IMG/VR virus record: IMGVR_UViG_3300015615_000629
Location: 64,001 to 128,000 of that record
Reading direction: 5' to 3' (one strand)
Source of the DNA: a virus
Taxonomy: Duplodnaviria > Heunggongvirae > Uroviricota > Caudoviricetes
Length of the DNA stretch: 64,000 nt
Shown one piece after another: positions 49,598-58,700 of the stretch. The translations under genes were made by a program, and so were the position numbers. Numbering within the stretch: position 1 is the first letter of the stretch; each line of letters opens with the position of its first letter. Below the pieces are notes generated by a model. The model saw only the letters and a list, made by a program, of their open reading frames with translations. It had not been told where the DNA came from and did no database searches.

Positions 49598-49840
49598 TTG
49601 GAGAATACAATGTTGTTGTTGCTCGATCCAGCCGACACAAGTCCCTACGCAATCCTTCAAGGCAGACTCGATGAATTAGAATGTAGAAGGAAATTGCTAA
49701 AAGGCAACAACATCCCAATGGCATTAATGGTAAAAGAAATCAGAAAACTAGAAATCGATTTGCTAAAAATCGATGGACTTATAGAAATCCTTGAGTATAT
49801 TCTAGTTTTAGAATCTAGTTTAAGTGACCCGTGGATTTAA
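49598..49840 (+). CDS. Small helical protein, paralogue of 47820-48047
   Basis: Alignment with its paralogue; SD GGAG. Confidence 0.55.
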   Translation: MENTMLLLLDPADTSPYAILQGRLDELECRRKLLKGNNIPMALMVKEIRKLEIDLLKIDGLIEILEYILVLESSLSDPWI

Positions 49841-49841
49841 G

Positions 49842-49915
49842 TGACCCTACGGGGAGTTGAACCCGCGATTTCCAGCGTGAGAAGCTGGCGTCCTGAGCCA
49901 TTAGACGATAGGGCC
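49842..49915 (-). tRNA. tRNA-Glu(CTC)
   Basis: Cloverleaf; CCAGC-TTCTCAC-GCTGG; GGTTCAACT T-loop. Confidence 0.9.
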
Positions 49916-50287
49916 TTAATGAAATTCCACATTTTCGTTTTTGCTGTATGCGTCTCTTAAACCATTAATAAACTTTACCGCACTATCATAAACCCAACCA
50001 TGCGGGTGCCAGTAATCCCCTTCCTCTGTCTTTAATTCTTCAAGAATAGATTCTAAATCTTCAGCAATTTCAATTCCATCTTCGGGCGATATCTCTCCAT
50101 CACAGTCAGAGTGATGTAAGAGTTTGTTCAAGCCTCTACTTGGAACTTCATCCCAAGGAATCCCGTTTTCACAATATCCTTCCATTGCCTTTAAATTGAT
50201 ACCTATTTTCTCGGCAATAGTTTTACGCCAAGTCATGAAACTAGAATATGAGCCGTGCCAACAATCATGTGTTGTGTCTAAGCCCAC
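49916..50287 (-). CDS. Conserved hypothetical phage protein
   Basis: MGLD...SYS.F..WR...HSDCDG.I. Confidence 0.6.
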   Translation of the reverse strand: MGLDTTHDCWHGSYSSFMTWRKTIAEKIGINLKAMEGYCENGIPWDEVPSRGLNKLLHHSDCDGEISPEDGIEIAEDLESILEELKTEEGDYWHPHGWVYDSAVKFINGLRDAYSKNENVEFH

Positions 50288-50771
50288 GGGTTATCCTTTA
50301 ATTCTGATATTGTATTTTAGCAAGTTCTCTTCTTAAGCCAACAAATATCTCACATCTCATATCAATCAGAACAATAAAAAGTTCGTCTGAACTATTATCG
50401 GCGGCATACATGGCCGCTCGGCAAAATTTGCCTCTGTTGAGCAAATTGTAAAAATGATCAAGGCGTTTCTTGGTGTCGTCTAAACCCACGGGTAGTACCA
50501 ATTTAATCGAGATTTAGCGATGTTGTAAGCGGCTTGAGCAACCGTTGCTTTTCCTCTGCGACGTTTAATTTTCAGAAATTCTCGAAATAGAATTCCCTGT
50601 TTTCGCCTTCTTTCGGCCATTCGCTTGTTCATGCCGATGCCTGTCCAGTCACACGAAGGTATTCAACTATCTCGTCAAATTCTTCGGCAGTAAATGCCTC
50701 TTTTTCAAGTTTTGCCCATTCCTCGTCTTCGCTTTCCATTATAGTCTAAAACTCCGAATATTTCAAGCAAG

Positions 50772-50842
50772 TGGACTCACTGGGAATTGAACCCAGATTT
50801 TTAGACTGCCAGCCTAATGTCTTCCCGTTTGACGATGAGCCC
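50772..50842 (-). tRNA. tRNA-Ala(GGC)
   Basis: G3:U70; TTAGG-CTGGCAG-TCTAA. Confidence 0.85.
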
Positions 50843-50856
50843 ATAAAACTTTAAAA

Positions 50857-50927
50857 TCAAGGTAGAAGAAATCGAATCTTCGCTTTCGGCTCCCCGAACC
50901 GACGGACTACCATTATCCCATACCCTG
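50857..50927 (-). tRNA. tRNA-Pro(GGG)
   Basis: C1-G72, A73; TCGGT-TCGGGGA-GCCGA (C33 is unusual). Confidence 0.75.
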
Positions 50928-50931
50928 GAAG

Positions 50932-51003
50932 TAGACAGTACAGGGTTTGAACCTGTGACCTTTTCCGTGTCGAGGAAACGCTCTACCACTGAGCTAACTG
51001 TCT
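50932..51003 (-). tRNA. tRNA-Val(GAC)
   Basis: TTTCC-TCGACAC-GGAAA; GGTTCAAAC. Confidence 0.85.
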
Positions 51004-51020
51004 ATAATCTATTTTTAAAG

Positions 51021-51094
51021 TGCGGCTGCGGAGAATTGAACTCCGTCTTCGAACTTGGCAGAATCGCGTGCGAAAACCACTACACTACAGCCGC
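51021..51094 (-). tRNA. tRNA-Gly(GCC)
   Basis: GCGGCTG/CAGCCGC; CGATT-CTGCCAA-GTTCG. Confidence 0.85.
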
Positions 51095-51098
51095 AAAA

Positions 51099-51170
51099 TG
51101 ACCCGTGAGGGAGTCGAACCCTCCTCTGCTGCTTGAAAAACAGCCATCCTGACCGCTAAACGAACGGGCC
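51099..51170 (-). tRNA. tRNA-Glu(TTC)
   Basis: GCTGT-TTTTCAA-GCAGC; GGTTCGACT. Confidence 0.9.
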
Positions 51171-51812
51171 TTGTGTTAATTTCTGAATTTCTTCAATTTT
51201 ATCTCGTGGCGTTAATGCTCTTGTGCAATAAATCCATTCTCCGTCTACTAATTTTAAATGTCTAATTATGTGACAGGATGCACAAACTATTTCCAAATTC
51301 TCTTCACAATTATTCAAATTATTGCCATCAATATGATGAATAAAAAGAAGAAATTTAGCTGTTTCGCCACAACCAACGCATCCTTTTGTTTCTTCGTCCG
51401 ATAATCTTTCTTTTTTTATTCTTTTTGCCAGTTGAGATTTTTCTGCTGTCCCGTAATGTGGTGGCATTATTTCTTTAATACCACCAATACGTTGAGCCAT
51501 ATCCTTGCATTTTCTAGAACAGAATCTAAATCCGGATTTTGAATTTTTAAATTTACAATCGAGCTTTTCGAATTCATCTTTACAATAATCGCAAACTAAT
51601 ATTGTTCTACGTTGTCTTCCTTTATCTGCACATTGCTTACTACAAAATCTTCTTTTACCAGTTAGAATATCTTTTGCTCTAGCCGAAAATAATGTGCCGC
51701 AACCTTCGCACTTTTTTTCCAAACCTTTACGTCTTCTGCCGCCTTCTTCGATAATCCAAATTTCCATTTTATCCTCCACATTACAAGAGTGTGGAGGATA
51801 AAATATTTGCAA
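51156..51812 (-). CDS. HNH homing endonuclease with Zn-finger repeats inside the tRNA array
   Basis: C..C..FCS..C twice; IHHIDGNNLNN...NL...CASCH. Confidence 0.85.
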   Translation of the reverse strand: MQIFYPPHSCNVEDKMEIWIIEEGGRRRKGLEKKCEGCGTLFSARAKDILTGKRRFCSKQCADKGRQRRTILVCDYCKDEFEKLDCKFKNSKSGFRFCSRKCKDMAQRIGGIKEIMPPHYGTAEKSQLAKRIKKERLSDEETKGCVGCGETAKFLLFIHHIDGNNLNNCEENLEIVCASCHIIRHLKLVDGEWIYCTRALTPRDKIEEIQKLTQGPFV

Positions 51813-51840
51813 TGCAAATTAATATTTTCCCAAATTTAAG

Positions 51841-51911
51841 TCCTCCCTGAAGGAGTCGAGCCTTCTACGCTTGCTTGTAATGCAAGAATGATTCCGTTTC
51901 ACCAAGGGAGG
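51841..51911 (-). tRNA. tRNA-Val(TAC), atypical body
   Basis: CCTCCCT/AGGGAGG-A; CTTGC-ATTACAA-GCAAG; T-loop CTCGACT. Confidence 0.7.
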
Positions 51912-51914
51912 AAG

Positions 51915-51985
51915 TGGACCCAGAGAGAATCAAACTCTCGCTTTCGGATTGCAAAACCGACGTACTCTCATTATACTATGAGCCC
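51915..51985 (-). tRNA. tRNA-Ala(TGC)
   Basis: G3:U70; TCGGT-TTTGCAA-TCCGA. Confidence 0.8.
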
Positions 51986-52017
51986 AAATTTAACTTCAAA
52001 ATTTTCAAAGAACAAAG

Positions 52018-52088
52018 TAGCCCGTAGGAGAATCGAACTCCTGTTGAAGCGATGAAAGCGCCTTCGCCTACCACTAGCGGAACGGGCC
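52018..52088 (-). tRNA. tRNA-Glu(TTC)
   Basis: AGGCG-CTTTCAT-CGCTT; AGTTCGATT. Confidence 0.85.
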
Positions 52089-52092
52089 AAAA

Positions 52093-52163
52093 TAGCGACA
52101 AGTGGAATTGAACCACTATAGGGAGCGTATGAAACTCCTGCACTACCGTTGTGCTATGTCGCC
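52093..52163 (-). tRNA. tRNA-Met/Ile2(CAT)
   Basis: GGAGT-TTCATAC-GCTCC; GGTTCAATT. Confidence 0.85.
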
Positions 52164-52424
52164 ATCAAAAACTATTCAACTAAATCGTTGCTATTCATCC
52201 TCTCTGTAAGAGTTTCTAACAGTTTTGGATTTCCAATTAACTTTTTCAACATTTGAACATCCGCATTGCAATCTGCTAAACGGCTTTCAAGTTGTTCAAG
52301 CAGTCGCAACACAAAATCGTTAGCGTCCATTTTCGTATCCTTCTAGAGAAGTGAAACCCACTACCCTATAGGGACACAAAACAGGCTGCTAGCCGCCACA
52401 ATTCCGTGAATTTTCTCCAAAAAG

Positions 52425-52498
52425 TCGGAATGGACGAATTCGAATCGTCGGCCTCTCGCTCCCGAAGCGAGCGCTCTTCCAAACTGAGCTACATTCCG
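52425..52498 (-). tRNA. tRNA-Pro(CGG)
   Basis: CGGAATG/CATTCCG-A; CTCGC-TTCGGGA-GCGAG. Confidence 0.9.
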
Positions 52499-52506
52499 AT
52501 AACTAA

Positions 52507-52577
52507 TCAAGGTAGTTGGAATCGAACCAACGCCCCGAGCTTCCAAAACTCGTAGACTACCACTATCCCATACCCTG
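52507..52577 (-). tRNA. tRNA-Pro(TGG), first tRNA of the array
   Basis: CGAGT-TTTGGAA-GCTCG; GGTTCGATT. Confidence 0.9.
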
Positions 52578-52585
52578 TAAAAACG

Positions 52586-52620
52586 AAAAAACCCGCATCA
52601 GGTTTTATCCTGAGCGGGTT
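52586..52620 (-). terminator. Attenuator intrinsic terminator directly upstream of the tRNA array
   Basis: AACCCGC-TCAGG-ATAAAA-CCTGA-T-GCGGGTT followed by TTTTCGTTTTT. Confidence 0.85.
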
Positions 52621-52685
52621 CCAGTATTAACTTTGAACCAAACTCAGGATTACTTTCCTGAGTTGGTGATTACCAGCAGGAAAGC
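52607..52685 (-). promoter_or_regulatory. Alternative hairpins (1:2, 2:3, 3:4 antiterminator) of the tRNA-array attenuator
   Basis: GCTTTCCTG/CAGGAAAGT; AACTCAGGA/TCCTGAGTT; ATCCTGAG..GGTTC/GAACC..CTCAGGAT. Confidence 0.75.
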
Positions 52686-52689
52686 GCGG

Positions 52690-52761
52690 TTAGGCTGCGG
52701 GGGCTGGACGTTCGCCAGCCGGCATACCTTCGACCATCGCTTCCACTACTGCTAATTTCAT
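52690..52761 (-). CDS. Leader peptide MKLAVVEAMVEGMPAGERPAPAA of the tRNA array
   Basis: ATG with SD AGAAGGA, 23 codons, then TAA. Twenty codons are Ala/Val/Glu/Met/Gly/Pro, the families in the array. Confidence 0.8.
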   Translation of the reverse strand: MKLAVVEAMVEGMPAGERPAPAA

Positions 52762-52864
52762 TGTATTGTTCCTTCTTCTCTTATCTATGCACGTTGCACG
52801 GATTTTTCACTACTACGTAATTGTGCCTCAACCTACGTGTTCTACGCAGGTCGTCACTTCCACC

Positions 52865-52892
52865 AGTTTAGCACGATTTTTTCGATTGTCAA
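52865..52892 (-). promoter_or_regulatory. sigma70-type promoter of the leader/tRNA array
   Basis: TTGACA-N16-TAAACT with extended -10 (GTGC). Confidence 0.75.
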
Positions 52893-52897
52893 GCGAC

Positions 52898-53419
52898 TCA
52901 AGAAAAATTTTCTTCGCACCACTCTTTGAATCCAGCCTTCTTACCATAACGTGTCCGAATGTATTTCTTATAAGCCTCTGGACTCATTTTACCTCTAGGA
53001 CGAGCCTCGGGCCTTCTATAAGGCGAATCCCCAGAACCCATATTTATTGTATCTGGATGTAATACGGTTACGGGATCAACATCCTGCGATGCAGCATAAG
53101 CAACATTTCTTCTGGTTCCAAATCCTTGTTCTTTCTGAAACTGTTGTCTTACAAAGTCTGAGACAATCGTGCCACGCCTAGAAAACGGCATATTCTGGAA
53201 TGAGGGAACTTTTCTTTGAACATAATCATTAACCATCTGAATAAGTTTGTCCCTATTGTCCATAAAATATTGGTAATTATTATGCATCCAATTTGGCTTT
53301 CCTTTACCGTTAAGTGGATTAGATGCATATCTTAGTGCGGAGTCAACAAATTTAGGGACATCCGGTAACATGTCTCTGTCGGCTCGCATAACCATTTCTA
53401 CATATTCTTTGAACAACAT
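52898..53419 (-). CDS. Hypothetical protein with FKEY/FKEW motifs (possible internal virion protein)
   Basis: MLFKEYVEM...GFKEWCEE; CTAAATA just upstream. Confidence 0.55.
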   Translation of the reverse strand: MLFKEYVEMVMRADRDMLPDVPKFVDSALRYASNPLNGKGKPNWMHNNYQYFMDNRDKLIQMVNDYVQRKVPSFQNMPFSRRGTIVSDFVRQQFQKEQGFGTRRNVAYAASQDVDPVTVLHPDTINMGSGDSPYRRPEARPRGKMSPEAYKKYIRTRYGKKAGFKEWCEENFS

Positions 53420-53448
53420 GCAAGTATTTAGGAATTACTTGTCATTAT

Positions 53449-53889
53449 TTAGTATGCGTGCGGGCCAAGCAAATCGAAACTACGTATTTGTCCCTTCTTT
53501 AAACAAGTCTCAAATACATCGATATAACGATTTCGATATCGAACATCAACCATGTAAAAGTGACTTGTAAAAGAAGTTGTCCAAAAACGATCTAAAACTT
53601 TATCGAAAAGAATCTTTTCTTTATTGTCGCCTTCTGATACGGATTCGTCGTAGACGAAATTTCTAAGACAAACTTTTCCGAATTGTTCGATATTTGGCAA
53701 CAGGGGCACACGTTCACTACTTGGCAGCCTAACCCTTAAATCACGGAAGGAGAGAATGGCAGTCTCTCCATTTTCAAAAAACCCGCTATAACCCAATTCA
53801 AATACTAAATCAGGAAAAGCCACAAAATATGGCTTTTCCTGATAAAGAATGGTTCGGTTTCTGCCTTTAACTAAGCGAAGTGTTAACAT
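53449..53889 (-). CDS. Prokaryotic E2-like paralogue 5
   Basis: RTI, FPDLVF, PLLPNIEQFGKVCL, FWTTSFTSH. Confidence 0.65.
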   Translation of the reverse strand: MLTLRLVKGRNRTILYQEKPYFVAFPDLVFELGYSGFFENGETAILSFRDLRVRLPSSERVPLLPNIEQFGKVCLRNFVYDESVSEGDNKEKILFDKVLDRFWTTSFTSHFYMVDVRYRNRYIDVFETCLKKGQIRSFDLLGPHAY

Positions 53890-53898
53890 TATGGAAAA

Positions 53899-54336
53899 TC
53901 ATTCTTTAGAAATGTTTCCAACGACTTCGAAAACTACAGGAACGCCATTTACTTCTGTTGGCCACATGCCAACAGGTTTGGATTCGAGATTAATTTTCAG
54001 TCCATATCCTTCGCCAATACTAGTAATCCCTATTCCACGGACTAAGGCATCAGGGCAAAGCCCCTTAAACGCATCCATAGCGGTTTCTTTGACGGCTCTA
54101 ACTTCATCTAGTGTGAAATTATAGCGTCGGGCTTTTAGTTCATCGGGCTCATATTGATGGTCTAATTGGACACGAACGCCCATATCTTGGAGTTTTGGAA
54201 TAAGATTTGGATCGATATTTTCAACAGCAAGGAGGAATCGATCATCGTTTCTAAGGGCGATATCTATGCCTTCTAGGGCAAGGAGGACTGCGTTGTAGGA
54301 TTCTTGATTTGGGGCGACGATTTTATGTCGGGTCAT
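53899..54336 (-). CDS. Hypothetical protein
   Basis: VRGIGI...PTEVNGVPVVFEVVGNI. Confidence 0.55.
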   Translation of the reverse strand: MTRHKIVAPNQESYNAVLLALEGIDIALRNDDRFLLAVENIDPNLIPKLQDMGVRVQLDHQYEPDELKARRYNFTLDEVRAVKETAMDAFKGLCPDALVRGIGITSIGEGYGLKINLESKPVGMWPTEVNGVPVVFEVVGNISKE

Positions 54337-54345
54337 TTTTTACCT

Positions 54346-54813
54346 TTATCGAGAGTAATCAACATAAAAGTGACAATTCCTGGGAATTGAGCGTACTTTG
54401 TTTTGTTTAAGGTTATGTTCGAACAAGTCGATGTAAACATCTCTGTATTGTGGTTGAACTATAAAAAAGTGATTTGTAAACTCATTTAACCAAAATTTGT
54501 GTAATACAACGTCAAATAGGATGTCAAGAGTCCCGCCAAAAAGTGGATTTATGGCTCCCAAGCAAACTCGTCCGTCAAATTCGATATTTGGCAATAGTGG
54601 AAATCTGGTGAAATCGTCGGCTAGACAAACATTTAATCCGAAATACTCGTATGGAATATAATCATCAGAGTATTTGAGGATAAATCTTAGAGCGGGCAAA
54701 TTCACAAAATACGGTTTTCCGAGGTAGAAAATGGTTCTACCGTGGGCTTTTATGACACGTTCGACAGATTTGCTCATCCAAGACATTCTAGGCAAATAGG
54801 GCTCAAACGTCAA
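54346..54813 (-). CDS. Prokaryotic E2-like paralogue 6
   Basis: RTI, LPALRF, PLLPNIEFDGRVCLG, FWLNEFTNH. Confidence 0.65.
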   Translation of the reverse strand: MTFEPYLPRMSWMSKSVERVIKAHGRTIFYLGKPYFVNLPALRFILKYSDDYIPYEYFGLNVCLADDFTRFPLLPNIEFDGRVCLGAINPLFGGTLDILFDVVLHKFWLNEFTNHFFIVQPQYRDVYIDLFEHNLKQNKVRSIPRNCHFYVDYSR

Positions 54814-54880
54814 TCAAAAAAGGCAAGATGGTCATATAAAGAGTTCTGGGTGGCCTAAATACACGAGACTAGGAGGCATT

Positions 54881-55665
54881 GTGGAAAAGCATTTTATAAG
54901 CAAAGAATTTCCAAAATTTACAGTTTACAGTCCAACTATTGATATTTTCATAAATAGAATTAAAAATAAGAGGTACTTCAATTTTGTTAAAAACAATCAC
55001 TTAATGTGGGATATAATTTGGCGTAACGGCACCTCCCACCTCCCACCTCCCACCTCCCTTCTTGGCTCAAAAAATTAACAAGATCGATTGCTTCTAGCAA
55101 AGACGCTATCTATTGGGGTATGACATACGATTTGTTATTTGAAACGTTATCGTGTTGGTTGCACCCAAGACAAAATTATTTATATGGATATGGAATTAGG
55201 GAAAAAATGTGGCATGTAGAGCATACCACTGTTGAATTTTTTGCCAAAAACAGGGTGCCATTATTTGGTTATATATGGCACGAATATGCGAAGGACAGCT
55301 TCGAAAAATTCTTCTCTGAATTGATTGATTATAATTTTGTATATGTCGGCCCGAAAGAATGGGGGGAGATGGCATTAAAACACCTGCCGAACAATAAAAT
55401 AAAAACAATTTATATTCATCCCAGATTAGCTTCAAAAAATATAGAAGAAACAGCTTCATATATTAATTCTTGCTATGAACCAAATGTTGTATATTTATGC
55501 TCCGCAGGCTGGCTATCTCCATGCTTGTTCCAATCTATTAGACACAAAGATGTATTTGCATTAGACATTGGGACTGGATTTATGCATTGGTTTGAAAAAA
55601 TATACAACAAAAAATGCGACCAAACTGATTTTTGGCATTGGGAACAACTAGAAGGATTTAAATAA
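54881..55665 (+). pseudogene. Putative glycosyltransferase (GT-D-like) split by a frameshift at a 7-nt repeat
   Basis: ORFs 54881-55078 and 55120-55665 fuse in frame with 2 or 5 repeat copies; YVGP, LCSAG, LDIGT motifs. Confidence 0.6.
55031..55058 (+). repeat. (ACCTCCC)x4 tandem heptamer
   Basis: Four exact copies. Confidence 0.95.
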
Positions 55666-55764
55666 TCTAAGTTCTCGGGCAAAACACAGTTTTGTCCGGC
55701 AATATTCTAGCCCAAAAAGGGCAGATGGTCAAGTAAAAAAGGCATTGAACGTCTAAATAGACTT

Positions 55765-58700
55765 ATGGCAACCCTTACAGTCAAAGATATTACGTTTGAG
55801 CAAGCCTTGTATAGCCTTACGACGACAGAAACTATTCAATTATTGCTTGATAACGACTTCATCGATACCTCTAAAACCGGTACTTCTACAGCTGCTGGTG
55901 TAAAAACCGTTATTCAGAACGAAATAACCAATAAAAGGTTTAAGCATTGGGATATTGAAGACTTAACCATTGACGGAATTATGCAGGTTTTATATACGAT
56001 GGTATCCACTTCTGACTCGGATACGGCGGCTGTAATATCATTTTTAACAGCACATCCGACCACCATTAAAGCGACTATAGGAACTAATTTTGCTTTAGAT
56101 AAAAGCACAATTGTTACAGATACAGTTTTAGACAGAATAAACAACGACGATTTTGGAAGCGTAACATCAAACAGGAAAAGGTTTTACGCTTACACATGGA
56201 GAAATAATCTTCAAGCAACGATTGATGATCCTGATGTAGATAATTTGATATCTAAACAAGATTCGTTGGCGAGCGGGGTTGGACGAATAATTCAATATAA
56301 AACCCCATCTTTAAGTTTTACTCAGCCAGTGGATACATTAACCTCTCCTGCGGCTATATGGGATAAAATTAAGACTGAACCTCTTGGGCATCGTGTTGTA
56401 TATCCATTATTCAGTGCGACGATGATGCAGCGTCCGTGTCAGCAACTATTATTTTCAGCTATTCCATCTTCGGGAACTTATACATTAACTTACAATGGAA
56501 ACACAACCGCCACTATTAACTGGAATGATAGCAGAACTACGGTTATAAGCAAGGTTCAGTCAATGGTATCGGTTAGTGAACCAACCACCATTGTGGATGT
56601 GGTTCCTTTTACGGCATCGTCTGCCAACACGTATTTTGTAACGGATTATGCTGGAAATTACCAGCATTGGGGGTTCAGGATATATTTTTACCCAACGAAT
56701 CCTGCTCCTTATGCAGAAGCCGGTCTTAAGACTTTAATGACAGTAACTAACAGTTTAAATGTTAGTGCAACAATGAGTGCTACGTTTACAACTCATCCTT
56801 TTGATGCTTTGGACGAATCCGGTGCCTTGTTTAAGACGCCTACAACTTCTGTTCCTTTTGATGGGCCGTACAGGACAAAATATAAAACTCATATGGCGGC
56901 TCTTTATACGGCGTGGTTTGAGGCGTTTGCAGCATTGCCGGTTGATCCGGTGTATGGGCCGCCTACAATTGATTACGTCATGATTGATCAAGAAAGTGAA
57001 AGTTTGTATCCGTTCTATACATTTAAATTAGACTTCACTAGAACAGGAGATACAAGTTATCAGGATGAATCTTGGAAAGCAATTGGGGCTGATCCTAGAT
57101 TCGCCACAGACCTTGCTCCAAGATTGGGGAATTTTGTAGCAAAAGACGTAACCAATATTGGTTCTTACGCCAGCAACAGTCCTAGATTTTGGGATGGCGA
57201 CGTAAGTGGTGCCTATTACAACGGTTACGACATGGAAAAGATCAAAAAGCACTATGTATGGGATTCTGTAGACATCGACCGATTAGCAGAACACTTGCAT
57301 GAATGCGTTTATTTGCCGTGTAAAGCGGTTTATCCAAATGTAATGGGAAGTAATTATGCTTCTTATCCCAATTCCATTTCTTATCGTTTTAGTAATCTAG
57401 AAGACAGAAATAAGTTCTGGTCGATGGGTGGATTTACAGGCACCAGTGCATCCTCTTACTTTTATGGCGAAGAACTGTCTACCAACTTAACAATTGACGA
57501 ACTTCCTTCTCAGACTCAGGAGCCTGATTCCAATCCTCGTTCTACTACCGATCCTTTGAGTAGGATTAAGATCAAACACATGGTTCGTTCGAATGGCGTT
57601 GTCACACTATCGATTTTTAATTCAAACGACATTGATGATGGCACGGCAGCTAGAAAACGTGGCAACAAGCAATTTTTAACGAATCTTCAAGTTGGGGATC
57701 AATTTACTATAAACGGTGTTATTAATGGACAAAATAATACAAATTCAACGCTTGTAGGTGCCATTGACGCTCGGTTTGCTCCAGCAACCGCTTTCAATTT
57801 TATTGGGTATTTGAAAATGGTAGATTTATTTACCATTACATCTATTACCAACGATCCAGTAACCGACGAGCCAACTATTTTAACTTATAACGATGATAGA
57901 GCCGATCAAACTTACGCCCCATCGGGAAGCGTATCTACAACAAGTTTAAGTTCTTCGCCGACAGCAAATCAGGTTCAAATCAACACATCTACGAATTTAG
58001 TATCAACATATGGTTGGGTTTCTGGTACTACTGTTATTACAGTAGAAGTCAAAGATGTGGTCGGGTGTCCGGAAGCGAATGGCTTATTTTTAGGCTACAT
58101 AAATGGAAACAATTCATTTAGATTAGTTAATTTTAGTTTGCAAGCAGTTACATCTTCCACGACAGGAACAGGTGGCACTTGGGCAGTGGTTACTGATGGT
58201 TTGGGTGGTGGTTTACCACCGCACATATCTACTTATGATTCTTGGAGAAACTTTAATGTTGCCATTCGCAAACTTCGTTCTATATTTGTACCAGCACACA
58301 TTCCTTTGAACATGTGGATTACGACCAAGTTTTATCATGGCTATCCAGAATATAAAGAATCAGACTTATATCAAGAACAATTATATCACATATTATTACA
58401 TTCTAGAGATTTTAGACTTTTGTATTACCAGGAAAATGAAACATTTAGAACTTACACTTATGACAAACTAGTAAGCAATATACTCAAGGAAGCCGATGAG
58501 TTGTTTGGCTATGATGACATCAAACCGCTTCCTGTTAATTACAAAAACATAACTCTAAGAGAAAGTTATATTCTTTCTGGAGTGCAGTGTCACGGCAAGA
58601 AAATTTATAGATTTACGCCTCAATTTGGCTCGGAAGCTCGTCAAGTTGAAGATCCTATTGATGTAACAATGGATAATGTTGTGATAAGTGCAGCTAATCC

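Noticed and set aside
50801-52755. ORFs 50801-50989, 52361-52546 and 52516-52755
   Set aside because: They overlay tRNA genes or the attenuator and are best explained as spurious.
52578-52860. T-box riboswitch upstream of the tRNA array
   Set aside because: No T-box consensus (GGTGGNACCGCG) was seen. The leader peptide explains the structure better.
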